Source: Planctomycetota bacterium
GTDB taxonomy: Bacteria; Planctomycetota; GCA-002687715; CAIWVZ01
Assembly: GCA_044222185.1 (NCBI GenBank)
Contig: JBGANV010000012.1
Span: 32,001-96,000, forward strand
Direction: 5' to 3'
Length of the DNA: 64,000 bases
Shown one piece after another: positions 8,193-18,416 of the stretch (its first letter is position 1; the number at the start of each line of letters is the position of its first letter). The translations under genes were made by a program, and so were the position numbers. The notes under the pieces were generated by a model. The model was not told the origin of the DNA, searched no databases, and worked only from the letters and a program-made list of their open reading frames with translations.

Positions 8193-10226
8193 TCAGTCGA
8201 TGCGGAACCGCAGCGTATCCACCTGCTGGCGGATCACGCCCGTCGCGACGTCGGCGTCGATCAGGCGGACGCGGAACCACACCGACCGCGTGCCGTCCGA
8301 GTGTTCGTCGACGGCGTGGCCACCGACGAGTCCGAGCGGCGCCGGCGGCGGCTTCAGCGGGACGACCGCGGTCACGCGTCTGCGCGTTCTGACCTCGGCG
8401 GTGAAGATGAGGTCGTCGCGGTTTCGTTTGTGGGCGGCGTCCCAGCTGGATTCGACGCCCACGCCCGCGCCCCGCCAGCTGTAGATCGACGGCGACGCGT
8501 CGTACTTCCAGTCCGGCGGGATGAACTCCTCGCCGCGCCACCACTGGGCCGGAGCGTGGACGGTGACCTCACGTTCGTCGACCTCGACGCGTGCCGGTGC
8601 GACTTTCGGCGCCGCAGGCAGGCGGAGGACCATGGCCGGATCGCCGTAGTACGCCTCGTTGTAGAGCTCGTAGCGGTGAAGCCCGTGCTCTGCTTCACCA
8701 TTCACGAGGACTGACACCACCATCCGGTTCTGCGCGTACCGGTTGGCTTGCCCCAGACTCCTGCCCGCCAGCACGGCGTTCCAGAACTCGGTACGGAAGA
8801 TCTCCTGCTGCGCCACGGCGCGCCGCACGTTGCCGACGAATCCCACGGCGCCATTGCGCAGCAGGCGCAGCGCAACCGAGCGGTGCTCCGGGTCCTGATC
8901 GAGCGACGCCGGACTGCAGCCGGCGGATTCCACGAGGCATGGCGCCATCAGCACCTCGGAGTCGTGGAAGTAGGTCTTGCCGAGTTGGAGCCACGAGGAG
9001 TGCGCGTTGTGGATGAGCGCCCCGACGGACGTGAGCGGCGAGTCGTGCGCGACGGGCTTCTCCCCGTCGTGGAGGCTCGGCGCGGCGAAGCCCACGTTCG
9101 CGAGCGGCAAGGCGCCGACGCGTTCCCATTCCGCCGTCGCACACCGCCCGACGAATTCCGGAGCGACGAGGTCGTCGTAGACGAGGCTGCGCGCGGCGAG
9201 CAACGTGCCTGCAGCGGCGCTCTCCGCGACGAAGCGGCCCACGGACAGCTCCGTGAACAGGTCGGAATCCGTGTTGCCGTAGGAGAGATCCGACGGTGGA
9301 TCCTTGTCGATGCCCTCGCCCGACGGGATCGCCGGCATGGGGATCGCCTCCGGCATTCCCGCGAGGCAGAGGAACTCGGGGGTCGCGCCGAGGGCCTTGC
9401 GGAACTCTGCCAGCGTCGCTTGAGCCGCGGCGGCATCGGCCGCGGGCGCATCGCGCGTTCCGAGCGTGACGAGCGCACCGCGGCGTCCGGCTGCGAGGGC
9501 TGCACCCGCCAGCGAGAGTTTGCGGACGTGGCCAGCGGTCCGATCGCTGGGTGCCACGGCGGCGATGTAGGTTGGCGTCGTCCCCTGCCGACGCAGCCAG
9601 CGCGCCATGTCCTGGCAATCGCGCAGGCGCGCGATCGAGACTTTCACGTCGCCCGGTTTGAGGGCGTCGACATCTCCGACGGCGATGAGGGTGGCGGGGC
9701 CGAGCCGGTCGATGACACGTCGCGCGCTTGCCGACAGCCCGCCCGGTCCGCAGACGAGCAGTGGCGCCCGCAGGCGTGACGCGATCGGTACCGCTGCCAG
9801 CGCCGCCGCGTAGTCATCGTCGCGCACGATCACGACGTGGCGACTGCGCGCGGAGAACTCCGATGCGACCTCGCATGCCGCCTCGTCCGCCGAGAGGGCT
9901 TCGATTCGGATCGACGCGGCCCCGTCGACCGCAGGCAGTGGGCCGGCGCCACCGAGCCAGGTGACGCGCTGGGGATGCCATCGGCGGAGGAAGTCTCGGA
10001 CCGGCGGCGAGAGGGCACCGTCTTCACCCACGGCGAGCACGACGGGCTTCCCCCCGTTCGCTTCGGCCGCGGCCGGGATGGCGGCGAGGAAGGCGATCTC
10101 CTGCCACGAGGCCTCCCGAGGCATGGGAACGAGGAACGCGCTGCGGGTCGCGGGCGCCTGAGCCCACGAATCGAGCCCGGCCAGTGAGACGAGAGCGAGT
10201 GCCGTGAGGAGAGTCCAGCGGCGCAT
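8193..10226 (-). CDS. Secreted C25 (gingipain-like) cysteine peptidase with an N-terminal cell-wall-binding-2-like region
   Basis: Signal peptide MRRWTLLTALALVSLAGLDSWA. C25 motifs SDLSYGNTDSDLFTELSVGRF, putative catalytic His (HNAHS) and Cys (SAGCSP), plus GAVGFVG, LGQA and YYGDPAM. N-terminal DDYAAALAAVPIASRLRAPLL repeat-like segment. Confidence 0.75.
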   Translation of the reverse strand: MRRWTLLTALALVSLAGLDSWAQAPATRSAFLVPMPREASWQEIAFLAAIPAAAEANGGKPVVLAVGEDGALSPPVRDFLRRWHPQRVTWLGGAGPLPAVDGAASIRIEALSADEAACEVASEFSARSRHVVIVRDDDYAAALAAVPIASRLRAPLLVCGPGGLSASARRVIDRLGPATLIAVGDVDALKPGDVKVSIARLRDCQDMARWLRRQGTTPTYIAAVAPSDRTAGHVRKLSLAGAALAAGRRGALVTLGTRDAPAADAAAAQATLAEFRKALGATPEFLCLAGMPEAIPMPAIPSGEGIDKDPPSDLSYGNTDSDLFTELSVGRFVAESAAAGTLLAARSLVYDDLVAPEFVGRCATAEWERVGALPLANVGFAAPSLHDGEKPVAHDSPLTSVGALIHNAHSSWLQLGKTYFHDSEVLMAPCLVESAGCSPASLDQDPEHRSVALRLLRNGAVGFVGNVRRAVAQQEIFRTEFWNAVLAGRSLGQANRYAQNRMVVSVLVNGEAEHGLHRYELYNEAYYGDPAMVLRLPAAPKVAPARVEVDEREVTVHAPAQWWRGEEFIPPDWKYDASPSIYSWRGAGVGVESSWDAAHKRNRDDLIFTAEVRTRRRVTAVVPLKPPPAPLGLVGGHAVDEHSDGTRSVWFRVRLIDADVATGVIRQQVDTLRFRID

Positions 10227-10314
10227 GAGTGCTGCGAGCCTACCACGCCGACGGTAGGATCGGCCCGCGGATCTCGGTGGGACGGTCGGCGCGGCTCCGC
10301 TCGAGGAGGAAGGC

Positions 10315-11709
10315 ATGACTGACGTGAGGCGAGTCGTGCTCGGTGTGTGTGTGATCGCTCTTGCATGCGGGCCGGTTTCGATGCTCGCACAATCGCAGCC
10401 CTCCGAGACGAGGGCCGTCCGCCGCCAGCTCACCGGCAAGGTCGTCGACGTCGATGGCCGAGCGGTCTCGCAGGCCCGCGTGATGGTCGGCAACTGGGAG
10501 CGCCTCCGGCGCGTGACCGTGGAGGGAAACACGCTCGCCGGTGATCCCGTGCGGATCGAGACGACGAGGGACGGGCGGTTCGCGATCGACACGACGGGGC
10601 TTTCGACGCGTGGCGTGGTCGTCGCGATCGCGCCGTCGGGTGCCTGGGCCGTCGTCGACCCCGTTCTCACCGGCGACGTCAATCTCGTCGTCACCATCGG
10701 GAGTGCCGTCAAGCTCGAGGGCCGCGTGACGGACTCCAGGCGGCAACCTGTCGCCGGTGCGACCGTGCGTCTCGCCGCGCACGTCGGCGGCGCATGGTTG
10801 TCGCGGGCGGTCGTGACCGGCGGCGATGGCGTCTACCGCATGGGCGGCTTGCCGTACGACCCCAACCAACTCGAGTACGACGGGGCCGCCGTCGTCGTCA
10901 CTGCCCCGGGATTCGCGATGCAGCGCTGGTCGCTCGCCTGGTCGGACGAGAAGGTTGGCAAGGGCGGGGGCGATCGAACCTGGACGCTCGACGTGCCCCT
11001 GTCACGCGGCGGAGGTCTCACGGGAACCGTGCGCGATCAGTCGGGCGAAGCCATCGCGGGCGCCCGCGTGGTTGCTTGGGGGTCGACGCACGACATCCAC
11101 CTCAGCGAGATCGACCTCACGGCAACCTGCCCCGACCGCGTGATCGTCGGGTCGGCGACGACGACGGCCGAGGGCACCTACGAGATCCGCAACGTTCCGC
11201 TTCTGCGCCAGCTCGGCTGGATCTCCGGCGAGCACGATTGGACCGGAACGCTGCGCTCCGGCGCCCAGAAGCGATTCCACGGCGGGCTCGTCGTCGTGGC
11301 GAAGGGGTACGACCCTGCGATGCTCGAGCTACCCCGCGCGAGTCGTGAGGGTGGCGTGCTGACGCAGCCCATCGTGCTCAGACCTTCGACGCGCGTCCTG
11401 GGCCGCGTCGTCGACTCATCCGGTGCGGGTGTGAGCGGCCTTCGCGTCGTCGCCCGATTCGAGCACGGCGATCGGATGGTCGATCAACTGCTGTTCGATC
11501 GGGGACCGGGCGACCGGATCTGCGAGCAGGTCACGGGATCCGCCGGCGACTTCGCGTTCGACGGGCTGCCCGAGAGCACGGTGCCGGGAAGGCTCGAACT
11601 GTGGGCGATGGACAAAGCCGGCGTTGCCCAGGGAGCGTCCGCCGAGGTCGTCAAGCCCGGATCGGAGACGACGGTCAAGGACATCGTGCTCGACGGCCGT
11701 GCGACGTAG
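10315..11709 (+). CDS. Secreted carboxypeptidase-regulatory-like (transthyretin-fold) repeat protein, N-terminal part
   Basis: Strong RBS GAGGAGGAAGG and a signal peptide. Repeats LTGKVVDVDGRAVSQARV, LEGRVTDSRRQPVAGATV, LTGTVRDQSGEAIAGARV and VLGRVVDSSGAGVSGLRV. Ends at TAG 11707-11709 while the frame continues. Confidence 0.85.
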   Translation: MTDVRRVVLGVCVIALACGPVSMLAQSQPSETRAVRRQLTGKVVDVDGRAVSQARVMVGNWERLRRVTVEGNTLAGDPVRIETTRDGRFAIDTTGLSTRGVVVAIAPSGAWAVVDPVLTGDVNLVVTIGSAVKLEGRVTDSRRQPVAGATVRLAAHVGGAWLSRAVVTGGDGVYRMGGLPYDPNQLEYDGAAVVVTAPGFAMQRWSLAWSDEKVGKGGGDRTWTLDVPLSRGGGLTGTVRDQSGEAIAGARVVAWGSTHDIHLSEIDLTATCPDRVIVGSATTTAEGTYEIRNVPLLRQLGWISGEHDWTGTLRSGAQKRFHGGLVVVAKGYDPAMLELPRASREGGVLTQPIVLRPSTRVLGRVVDSSGAGVSGLRVVARFEHGDRMVDQLLFDRGPGDRICEQVTGSAGDFAFDGLPESTVPGRLELWAMDKAGVAQGASAEVVKPGSETTVKDIVLDGRAT

Positions 11710-13137
11710 CGGTCGCTGACGGGCATCGTCGAGACGGAGACGGGGCGATGCGTGCCGGGCGTCGAGGTGAGATTGCAGGAGCGCCCCGAGCGCGGCGGAT
11801 ACGAGTATGCGAACGTCTCGGACGTCGACGGCAGGTTCCCGGTCCTCGAAGGGACCGAGAGCTGGTCGCTGCGCGCGTCAGCCCCCGGATTCGCTCCGAC
11901 GACGTTGCGCGACCCGATGACCACCATCGGTGCGGACGGCAATCTCCACGTCAAGCTCGGAGCGCCCGTTCCGCGCGGAGGAACGGTGGTCGATGCCGCC
12001 GGGCGACCCGTGGAAGCAGCGCGGATCGCATTCATGCCGAAGTCAAAGGAGGACGGCTATGCGTGGACCGTCAGCGACGCGAAGGGCAGATTCCGCTTCG
12101 ACGACCTCCCGGCGGATGCGGTCGGATCCGTGGACGTCGCGCCACCATTGCCCGTGGGAAGCCCGTCGGAGGCGAATCGCACGCAAACGGATTACGCCTT
12201 CAAGACGGAGCCTCGTCCCTTGGAACTCCTCTCGAAGCACGCGACCTACAAGCTCGATTGGCTGCCCGTGCCGCCAGGCATCACGCTCAACGTGAAGGTG
12301 CTGGACGAGAAGGATGGAGCGCTCGTCCCTGGACCGATCCGAGCGATGTTGTTCGCCAACGCGCGCTCGGCGAGGAAGCCCGAGCGTCGGGTCGACCCCT
12401 CGGGGGAGCCCCATGCCGAGGTGTTCACGCTCCATCAGTCGGATCCCGGGGTCGTGCGGGCGCGCGGCATTCCGGCCGGGGACCACAGCCTTTCGATCGA
12501 TGCGCCGGGGTTCGCGCTGCCCAAGCGCCTGGCGATCACCGTGGCCGAGTCCCCGGCGGCCCAGGAGGTGGTCGTTCGGATGGCGCGCGGCATGGTGCTC
12601 GCAGGCAAGGTCATCGTGAGCGGCAACCGGCCCGGACGCGGGCTCCTCCTGGTGAGTGCGGTCAGTTCCGAGATTACGAGCCAGACGTTCGAGTGCAGTC
12701 CCGAGGCGGACGGTTCGTTCCGGCTGCCGGTTCCGTGGTTCGGCTACACCGTGCAGGCGTTCGTGCGCGACCCCGACGGCAACCACCTGATGCAGTCCTT
12801 GATCGTCGAACTCGCCGAAGGCGCGGCCGAGTGCGGCAAGCTGACGCTGGAGGTCAAGCCGGCGGTCGTCTTGCGGTTGCGCATCGCGAAGGAGTTGCGC
12901 GAGGCCGGCACGTGCGTCCTCGTGCGCGTCGTCGACGGGGCAGAGCGCGTGTGGTTCGAACGATCGAGCCTCGACGCCAACCCTTACGTCGAAGGGGGGA
13001 AGGAAGGCGAGCTCGTGGCGAACGTTCCGGAGGGCCGTTACGTCGTCCAGCTGCTCGCTGGCTACGGACGCGACCGCGAGGTCGTGAAGACCATGAACGT
13101 CATCGCGCCGGCGATCGTGCAGATCACGCCGCCGTGA
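11710..13137 (+). CDS. In-frame continuation of the 10315 gene after a single TAG (split gene, pseudogene or readthrough)
   Basis: Same frame. RSLTGIVETETGRCVPGVEV directly after the TAG matches the start of a further repeat, followed by RGGTVVDAAGRPVEAARI and SDAKGRFRFDDL. Confidence 0.75.
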   Translation, partial: RSLTGIVETETGRCVPGVEVRLQERPERGGYEYANVSDVDGRFPVLEGTESWSLRASAPGFAPTTLRDPMTTIGADGNLHVKLGAPVPRGGTVVDAAGRPVEAARIAFMPKSKEDGYAWTVSDAKGRFRFDDLPADAVGSVDVAPPLPVGSPSEANRTQTDYAFKTEPRPLELLSKHATYKLDWLPVPPGITLNVKVLDEKDGALVPGPIRAMLFANARSARKPERRVDPSGEPHAEVFTLHQSDPGVVRARGIPAGDHSLSIDAPGFALPKRLAITVAESPAAQEVVVRMARGMVLAGKVIVSGNRPGRGLLLVSAVSSEITSQTFECSPEADGSFRLPVPWFGYTVQAFVRDPDGNHLMQSLIVELAEGAAECGKLTLEVKPAVVLRLRIAKELREAGTCVLVRVVDGAERVWFERSSLDANPYVEGGKEGELVANVPEGRYVVQLLAGYGRDREVVKTMNVIAPAIVQITPP

Positions 13138-13188
13138 GGCCCGCGGCTCCCGGCGCGCGTGCGACGACGGCGCGCGTCGTGGGACCGT

Positions 13189-16074
13189 TCATCGACGTTC
13201 AATGGTCGCGTGGAACGTCGTGACCCCGGCGGGCACGACCACGCGTTGTCGGTAGACCTCGGATTCGCTGGCGCGTGCCTCGAGTCGGTACATCCCCGGA
13301 GAGAGGCGGAGATGGGGTTCGGCCGTTCCGTCGATCCCCACGATCGCGAGCAGTGCGCCCGCCTCGTTGAGTGCGACGACGGCCGCGGTTCGCGGTGGCA
13401 CCGCGATTTGCACGTCGACTCCCGCGGCGCGCCGGAGAGTCACCGGGATCGTGGTCTCGCTTCGGATCTCGATCTCCTGCAATGCGGGCGCGCGGGAGGA
13501 GTCGCCGCTCACGACGACCCAATACCGGCCGGGCGCCGCCTCGAACACGAACTCGGACGCGCTCGACGTCATGGCGCAAGGCCCGAGCGGAGTCCCGTCT
13601 TGAAGGAAGACGCCGATCGGACGCGACGGCTCGTCGGCACCAGCTTCGGACTGGACGCGGACGGCCGCGCGTCCGACGACGGGGACGCGAATCTCGCCCA
13701 GGTCCCAAGTCTCGTGGGCCTGGAGCTCGCGCGACCCGAGTGGGATGGGGATGCGCGCGTCGCCCCATTCGAAGACGAGGGTGTAGCGGCCCGGCGGGAG
13801 AGCACCACCCGCCTCGAATCGTCCGGTCTGGGGGTCGGGGCGAAGCGCGCGCGAGGCGTCGCACGCTCCCGCGAACATCTGCACGTATCCGTCCGTCGCC
13901 GGCTTCCCGTCACTCGCCAGGAGCAGGCCGCGGATGTGTGCCGACGGCACGAGTTCGTCGGCGACGACGATCGTGTACTCGGTGTCGCCCGGCGCGACGT
14001 CCTCGAGTGGCGCGAGAGTGCGGCCCGACTCGGGGTCGCGAACGTCGATGCAGAGCGCGGCGGGTGCGGGTGTGGGCACGGCGAAGGAGAATCGGCCCTG
14101 GCCATCCACGGGTCGCGCAGCCAGATCGACGAGCCTCGATTCGACGCGCCGGTAGAGGTGAACGGACGCGTGGACGACGTGCTCGTGCCGATCGACCACG
14201 CGGCCGTGGACACGCAGGTTCTCGTTCCGTGGTGGATCCCACCGCAGTTCGCCGCCCTCCGGAAATTCGAGCGTGGTCGTCGCGTGCTGTTGGGCCGAGT
14301 CGCGCGCGCGGACGAGGCGGCGGCCCGGCAGGATCCCGTCGAGGGAGTAGGTTCCATCGGGCGCGGCGGTCGTCGCACGGGCGCTGAACGGCCCGCTGCC
14401 CGCGACCTGGATGCGAAGTCGATCGGGCGAGAGTCCGCGCGCCGTTCCCACGAGTCGACTCTCCCGGAACAGGGTGATCGACGCGGTGGCGGCCTGCCCG
14501 ACTTCAGCATCGACGCGCGCTTCACCGATCGCGAAGCCCGCGAGGTACGCGACCACGTTGCACGGACCCGCCGGGAGCGAATCCACCCGGAACTGGCCGG
14601 AGTCGTTCGTTCGCGTCTCGACGGCGAGGTCGAAGCTGGCGGCGCCGCTCGCCGCCATCGCGGTCGTTTCCGGCGAGGCGAAGACGCGTACTCCCGCGAG
14701 CGCAGTCCCGTTCGATGAACGGACCGTGCCGGTCACGGACGCGCCGTCGGTCGTGATGCGGAAGTTGCGCTCGACCGGGCGCCCCGTGCCGCCGCCGACG
14801 CGTTGAGGTGCCGCTGGCGCCCGTCCGCGGACGTGGGCGAAGAGGGAGAGCTCGGCGTGGACGTCGCGCGCGGCGTAGCTCCCGTCAGACGTCGTGCGTG
14901 CGACGACCTGGGGCACGCGTCCGTCGCCGCTCACGAGGATCTCCGCGTCGGAGATCGGGCGATCGTCGCCGTCCAGAACCTGGCCCGAGACCGCCGTGCC
15001 CGGATCGAGCCGGTAATCGACGATGCGTTCGTGTCCCGGTTCGATCGTTGCGGCGACCCAGCGCTGCCCACGATCGACGCGAAGCGAGAACGTCGCCGGC
15101 GTGTCGACGATCGGTCCGGTCAAACCCATCGCATCGGTCGTGCGACTCTGTGGCTGGCCGCCCCAGCGCCCCGGGTGAAGGAACCCGACGGTCACGCCCG
15201 CCGCCGCCGTTCCGTCCGGCCACGAGACCCGCGCGCGCAGGCTTCCGACGACGGGGCCGCTGGCCGCGGGCCCGTCCCGATCGGTGAAGGGAATGGCCAC
15301 CGTCACGGCCGGTGTGGCCTGCGAACCGTTGCCCGCATTCGAGCGCCGCGCGAGTTCGTCGTCCGCGGCCATCGGTTGCGCGGTGGCCTGCGGCGACGAG
15401 CTCGGGCCGACGTCGCGCATCCACCACCAGCTCCCGACTCCCGCGAGCACGACGACACACGCCGCGACCGCGACCTTGGTCTGCATCGCCACGAGAACTC
15501 CTTCCATGACCGTCGTCGCCGCGCTGCCGCGCGCGAGGCCGGATCCACCGAGCGCGAGCGCCACGCTGGCCCAGGGATTCGTGCCGCCGTAACGGTCGTC
15601 GAGGTGGTTTCGGAGCCGTGCATGCGCGCGCTTCAGTCGCGTGCGGAAGGTCTCCACGGGTACCCCGACGTGCGCCGCCGCGTCCCGCGCGGACATTCCC
15701 TCGTACCACCGCAACAGGACCGCCTCGCGGAGATCCGGAGCGAGCGCGAGGACCGCATCGGCAACCGCCCGACGCATTGCTTCGCGGTCGGCGAGTTGCT
15801 CCGGCGTCGGAAGCGGCGCTCGTGGCGTCGCGGCTTCCTCGCGTCGCACGCGGCGGGCCGTCTCCCGCTTCAGCTTGCCCGCCAGGTTGCGCGCGACGGT
15901 CGCCAGCCACGCTCGCAGACGCCCCGGCCGACGCGGGCCGCCCTGCGCCGTCGCGAGCCAGGTCCGCTGCACGAGGTCGTCCACGTCGTCCCGCGCCACG
16001 AGCCGCGCGGCCACTGCCCGCAGGAATCGCTCGTGTGCCAGGAGTTCATCGAGTGTCACGCCGTGTGCGGTCAT
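13189..16074 (-). CDS. ECF sigma-70 factor fused via a TM helix to periplasmic carboxypeptidase-regulatory-like repeats (ECF57-like architecture)
   Basis: Sigma region 2: FLRAVAARLVARDDVDDLVQRTWL...LRAWLATVARN. Region 4: LREAVLLRWYEGMSARDAAAHVGVPVETFRTRLKRA. TM helix VAVAACVVVLAGVGSWWW. Repeats VSGQVLDGDDRPISDAEI and VTGTVRSSNGTALAGVRV. Confidence 0.9.
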   Translation of the reverse strand: MTAHGVTLDELLAHERFLRAVAARLVARDDVDDLVQRTWLATAQGGPRRPGRLRAWLATVARNLAGKLKRETARRVRREEAATPRAPLPTPEQLADREAMRRAVADAVLALAPDLREAVLLRWYEGMSARDAAAHVGVPVETFRTRLKRAHARLRNHLDDRYGGTNPWASVALALGGSGLARGSAATTVMEGVLVAMQTKVAVAACVVVLAGVGSWWWMRDVGPSSSPQATAQPMAADDELARRSNAGNGSQATPAVTVAIPFTDRDGPAASGPVVGSLRARVSWPDGTAAAGVTVGFLHPGRWGGQPQSRTTDAMGLTGPIVDTPATFSLRVDRGQRWVAATIEPGHERIVDYRLDPGTAVSGQVLDGDDRPISDAEILVSGDGRVPQVVARTTSDGSYAARDVHAELSLFAHVRGRAPAAPQRVGGGTGRPVERNFRITTDGASVTGTVRSSNGTALAGVRVFASPETTAMAASGAASFDLAVETRTNDSGQFRVDSLPAGPCNVVAYLAGFAIGEARVDAEVGQAATASITLFRESRLVGTARGLSPDRLRIQVAGSGPFSARATTAAPDGTYSLDGILPGRRLVRARDSAQQHATTTLEFPEGGELRWDPPRNENLRVHGRVVDRHEHVVHASVHLYRRVESRLVDLAARPVDGQGRFSFAVPTPAPAALCIDVRDPESGRTLAPLEDVAPGDTEYTIVVADELVPSAHIRGLLLASDGKPATDGYVQMFAGACDASRALRPDPQTGRFEAGGALPPGRYTLVFEWGDARIPIPLGSRELQAHETWDLGEIRVPVVGRAAVRVQSEAGADEPSRPIGVFLQDGTPLGPCAMTSSASEFVFEAAPGRYWVVVSGDSSRAPALQEIEIRSETTIPVTLRRAAGVDVQIAVPPRTAAVVALNEAGALLAIVGIDGTAEPHLRLSPGMYRLEARASESEVYRQRVVVPAGVTTFHATIERR

Positions 16075-16430
16075 CACGGGTTGAATCCCCGCGAACGCCG
16101 TCGGTGGTTCAACACCGGTCCGGGGGGCGATCGTCACCGATGTCCCGGGGCATCAGTGATCCGTAGAAACCTCTGCGCCGCGACGAATCCGCAGACGAGA
16201 GCGAACGTCACACGCGCATGAACGGGCCTGGGCGTCGGCACGGTCCACTCCTTCCCGGCCAGGTCGGACCGAGCTGCGAGCGTAGTTCCTCGCGATTCGA
16301 AACGCAACGCCCATCCCGGTCGGGAACCACTGACCGTCGAGTCGCGCGTTCGACATCGCGCCGCGACGTGAGCATCACCGCCGCCGTGATAGCCTCCGCA
16401 TCGGCTCATGCGCCGGTGCAGGAGGTTCCC

Positions 16431-16970
16431 ATGTCGATGCTTCTCGAGCGTCCGATGGCGGACGAGTGCGCGCCATTCTATGCGGGGTACGTCGCCAAGG
16501 TGCCGTCGGGCGCGGACGTCCGCGTGGTGCTGCGCGATCAGGCGCGGCGTCTCCCGGCGGCGTTCGCCGAGGTGACGGAGGCGCGCGCCGCATTCCGGTA
16601 CGCGGCGGGGAAGTGGAGCATCAAGGAAGTCGTCGGTCATCTGTCCGACGCCGAGCGCGTGTTCAGCTACCGCCTCCTGCGCATCGCGCGCGGCGACACG
16701 ACGCCTCTCGCGGGATTCGACGAGGACGAGTACGTGCGCATGGCCGACTTCGACCGGCGAACGTGGAGCGACCTCGTCGCCGAGTGGGTTGCGGTCCGAC
16801 AGTCGACACTCACGTTGGTCGGCGGACTGGATGATTCGTGCTGGTTGCGACGCGGCCTGGCGAGTGAGCGCGTGGTGACCGCGCGCGCACTTGCTTTCAT
16901 CCTCGTCGGGCACACGGAACACCACGCCGGCGTACTTCGCGACCGCTACGGCGTCGCCATGAGCGCGTGA
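16431..16970 (+). CDS. DinB-superfamily (DinB_2) protein
   Basis: RBS AGGAGG. Motifs GKWSIKEVVGHLSDAERVFSYRLLRIARGD and GHTEHH (metal-binding His). Confidence 0.9.
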   Translation: MSMLLERPMADECAPFYAGYVAKVPSGADVRVVLRDQARRLPAAFAEVTEARAAFRYAAGKWSIKEVVGHLSDAERVFSYRLLRIARGDTTPLAGFDEDEYVRMADFDRRTWSDLVAEWVAVRQSTLTLVGGLDDSCWLRRGLASERVVTARALAFILVGHTEHHAGVLRDRYGVAMSA

Positions 16971-17012
16971 CCGTCGGCGACCGCGCGCGACGCGGTCGTC
17001 ATCGGGTCGCTT

Positions 17013-18416
17013 TCACTCGACGCCCTTGAACCCGATCCGCATGCAGCAGAGCGACGAGATCGCGGGGATCGACGCGTCCAGCGCCTGGGCGTAGAGCAGC
17101 GAGCCGTTCAGGGCGGCCGGCATTGGCGAGCCCAGGTTCAACTGAATGGGAGATCCGGCGGACGCGAAGGTGACGGCCCCCGGTGCATACGGGTGGAGGA
17201 GCAGCATCACACCGGGTGCGACGAGCACCCCGGGGATGTCGACGGGGCTGACATAGACGGTCAAGATGTTCGCCGTCGGCGGCGTGAGGTCCCAGCGCAA
17301 GACGCTGTCGTTGTTGTCGGCGTAGACGTTGGGGTTGAGTGAGAGCCTCCCGAGCGTCGTTGCGCCAGCCACGTCGAACGTGCGCTCGTACGTTTCCGTG
17401 AGCCACGTCACCGCCTGGGCGTCGGGGATCGGCGCGACCGCGATCGGCGTTCCCGTCGTGTTGTTGGCCGCGTTCGCATAGGCCGTGATCGCGCCGTCGC
17501 TACGCAGCACGTAGTAGTCGCCGTGGTTGTCCGCGGTCACGGAGATCGGCAGCGTCGCGAGCCCGCCACGCAGGTCGACGCTGAACCAGGAACCCGTCGC
17601 ATTCATCCGCAGCACGAATGTCGCTCCGGGAGGCATGCCGCTGAGCTGCAGGTACGGGTTGAACCCGCACACGACGAGGTCGAACCCGCCGAGACACCCC
17701 GCGGCCGTGCATGGATTCCAGCTCAGGTCGGTGATGAAGGACGGGCCGACGGCGGAGAACGGGTCGGCAAGCGCTCCGGTCACCGCGAAGCTCGACGAGA
17801 GCATCACGATCGGGCCGTTCGTCGTCGCGACGAAGATGGTCCCGTCCGTCTGGCGGATCGCCATCGCCGACATGTCGCCCACGCCGGTGACCGAGACCCA
17901 CCCTCCGGCGGGCACGAACGTGCCGGGCGTGTATCGGCGGAATGCGGCCTGCGGTGGGGTGAGGAGCGAGTCGAAGGCGGCCGCGACGATCTGGCCACCG
18001 CTGATCGTGCGATCGAACGCGACGTCGCGGATGAGTCGGCCCCCCCCAAGCTGAATGGCGCACGGGCCGAGGCACGCGCCGACGCGGGGGATCACGAAGG
18101 GGCTGGTGAACTGGTCGATCTGCGTCTGCACGACGCCGCCCGCGAGGCTGGCACGAACGGCGTACACCTCGCCGTGGAGGGAGTTCTGGCACGACTTCAC
18201 CGTCGCGCCGCCCGGCTGGTTCCCAGGTCCGAAGACGACCCAGGTTCCTGGCATGGGGCCCGTTCCGCGGAGGGTGTAGTAGTCCGTGCTCCCGCCGGCG
18301 CCGAGGGCCGCGACCGAGAGATCGATGGTCTGCGAGTGGACGGCTCCCCCGAAGGCGACGACGAGCGCGAGGACGAGCCGGATTGATGCGTGACGACGTG
18401 CGGATTGCAGTCTCAT
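17013..18416 (-). CDS. Secreted hypothetical beta-propeller-like protein with a putative C-terminal sorting module
   Basis: RBS AAGGAG before the ATG at 18416. Signal peptide ...LVLALVVAFGGAVHS-Q. Blade-like motifs IRDVAFD, AMAIRQTDGTIFV and ITDLSWN. C-terminal LNGSLLYAQAL. Confidence 0.82.
   Translation of the reverse strand: MRLQSARRHASIRLVLALVVAFGGAVHSQTIDLSVAALGAGGSTDYYTLRGTGPMPGTWVVFGPGNQPGGATVKSCQNSLHGEVYAVRASLAGGVVQTQIDQFTSPFVIPRVGACLGPCAIQLGGGRLIRDVAFDRTISGGQIVAAAFDSLLTPPQAAFRRYTPGTFVPAGGWVSVTGVGDMSAMAIRQTDGTIFVATTNGPIVMLSSSFAVTGALADPFSAVGPSFITDLSWNPCTAAGCLGGFDLVVCGFNPYLQLSGMPPGATFVLRMNATGSWFSVDLRGGLATLPISVTADNHGDYYVLRSDGAITAYANAANNTTGTPIAVAPIPDAQAVTWLTETYERTFDVAGATTLGRLSLNPNVYADNNDSVLRWDLTPPTANILTVYVSPVDIPGVLVAPGVMLLLHPYAPGAVTFASAGSPIQLNLGSPMPAALNGSLLYAQALDASIPAISSLCCMRIGFKGVE

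Noticed and set aside
13135-14718. UGA readthrough at 13135-13137 into the in-frame ORF 13159..14718
   Set aside because: The downstream frame is the antisense shadow of the ECF fusion gene, and there is no Cys/redox context or convincing SECIS.
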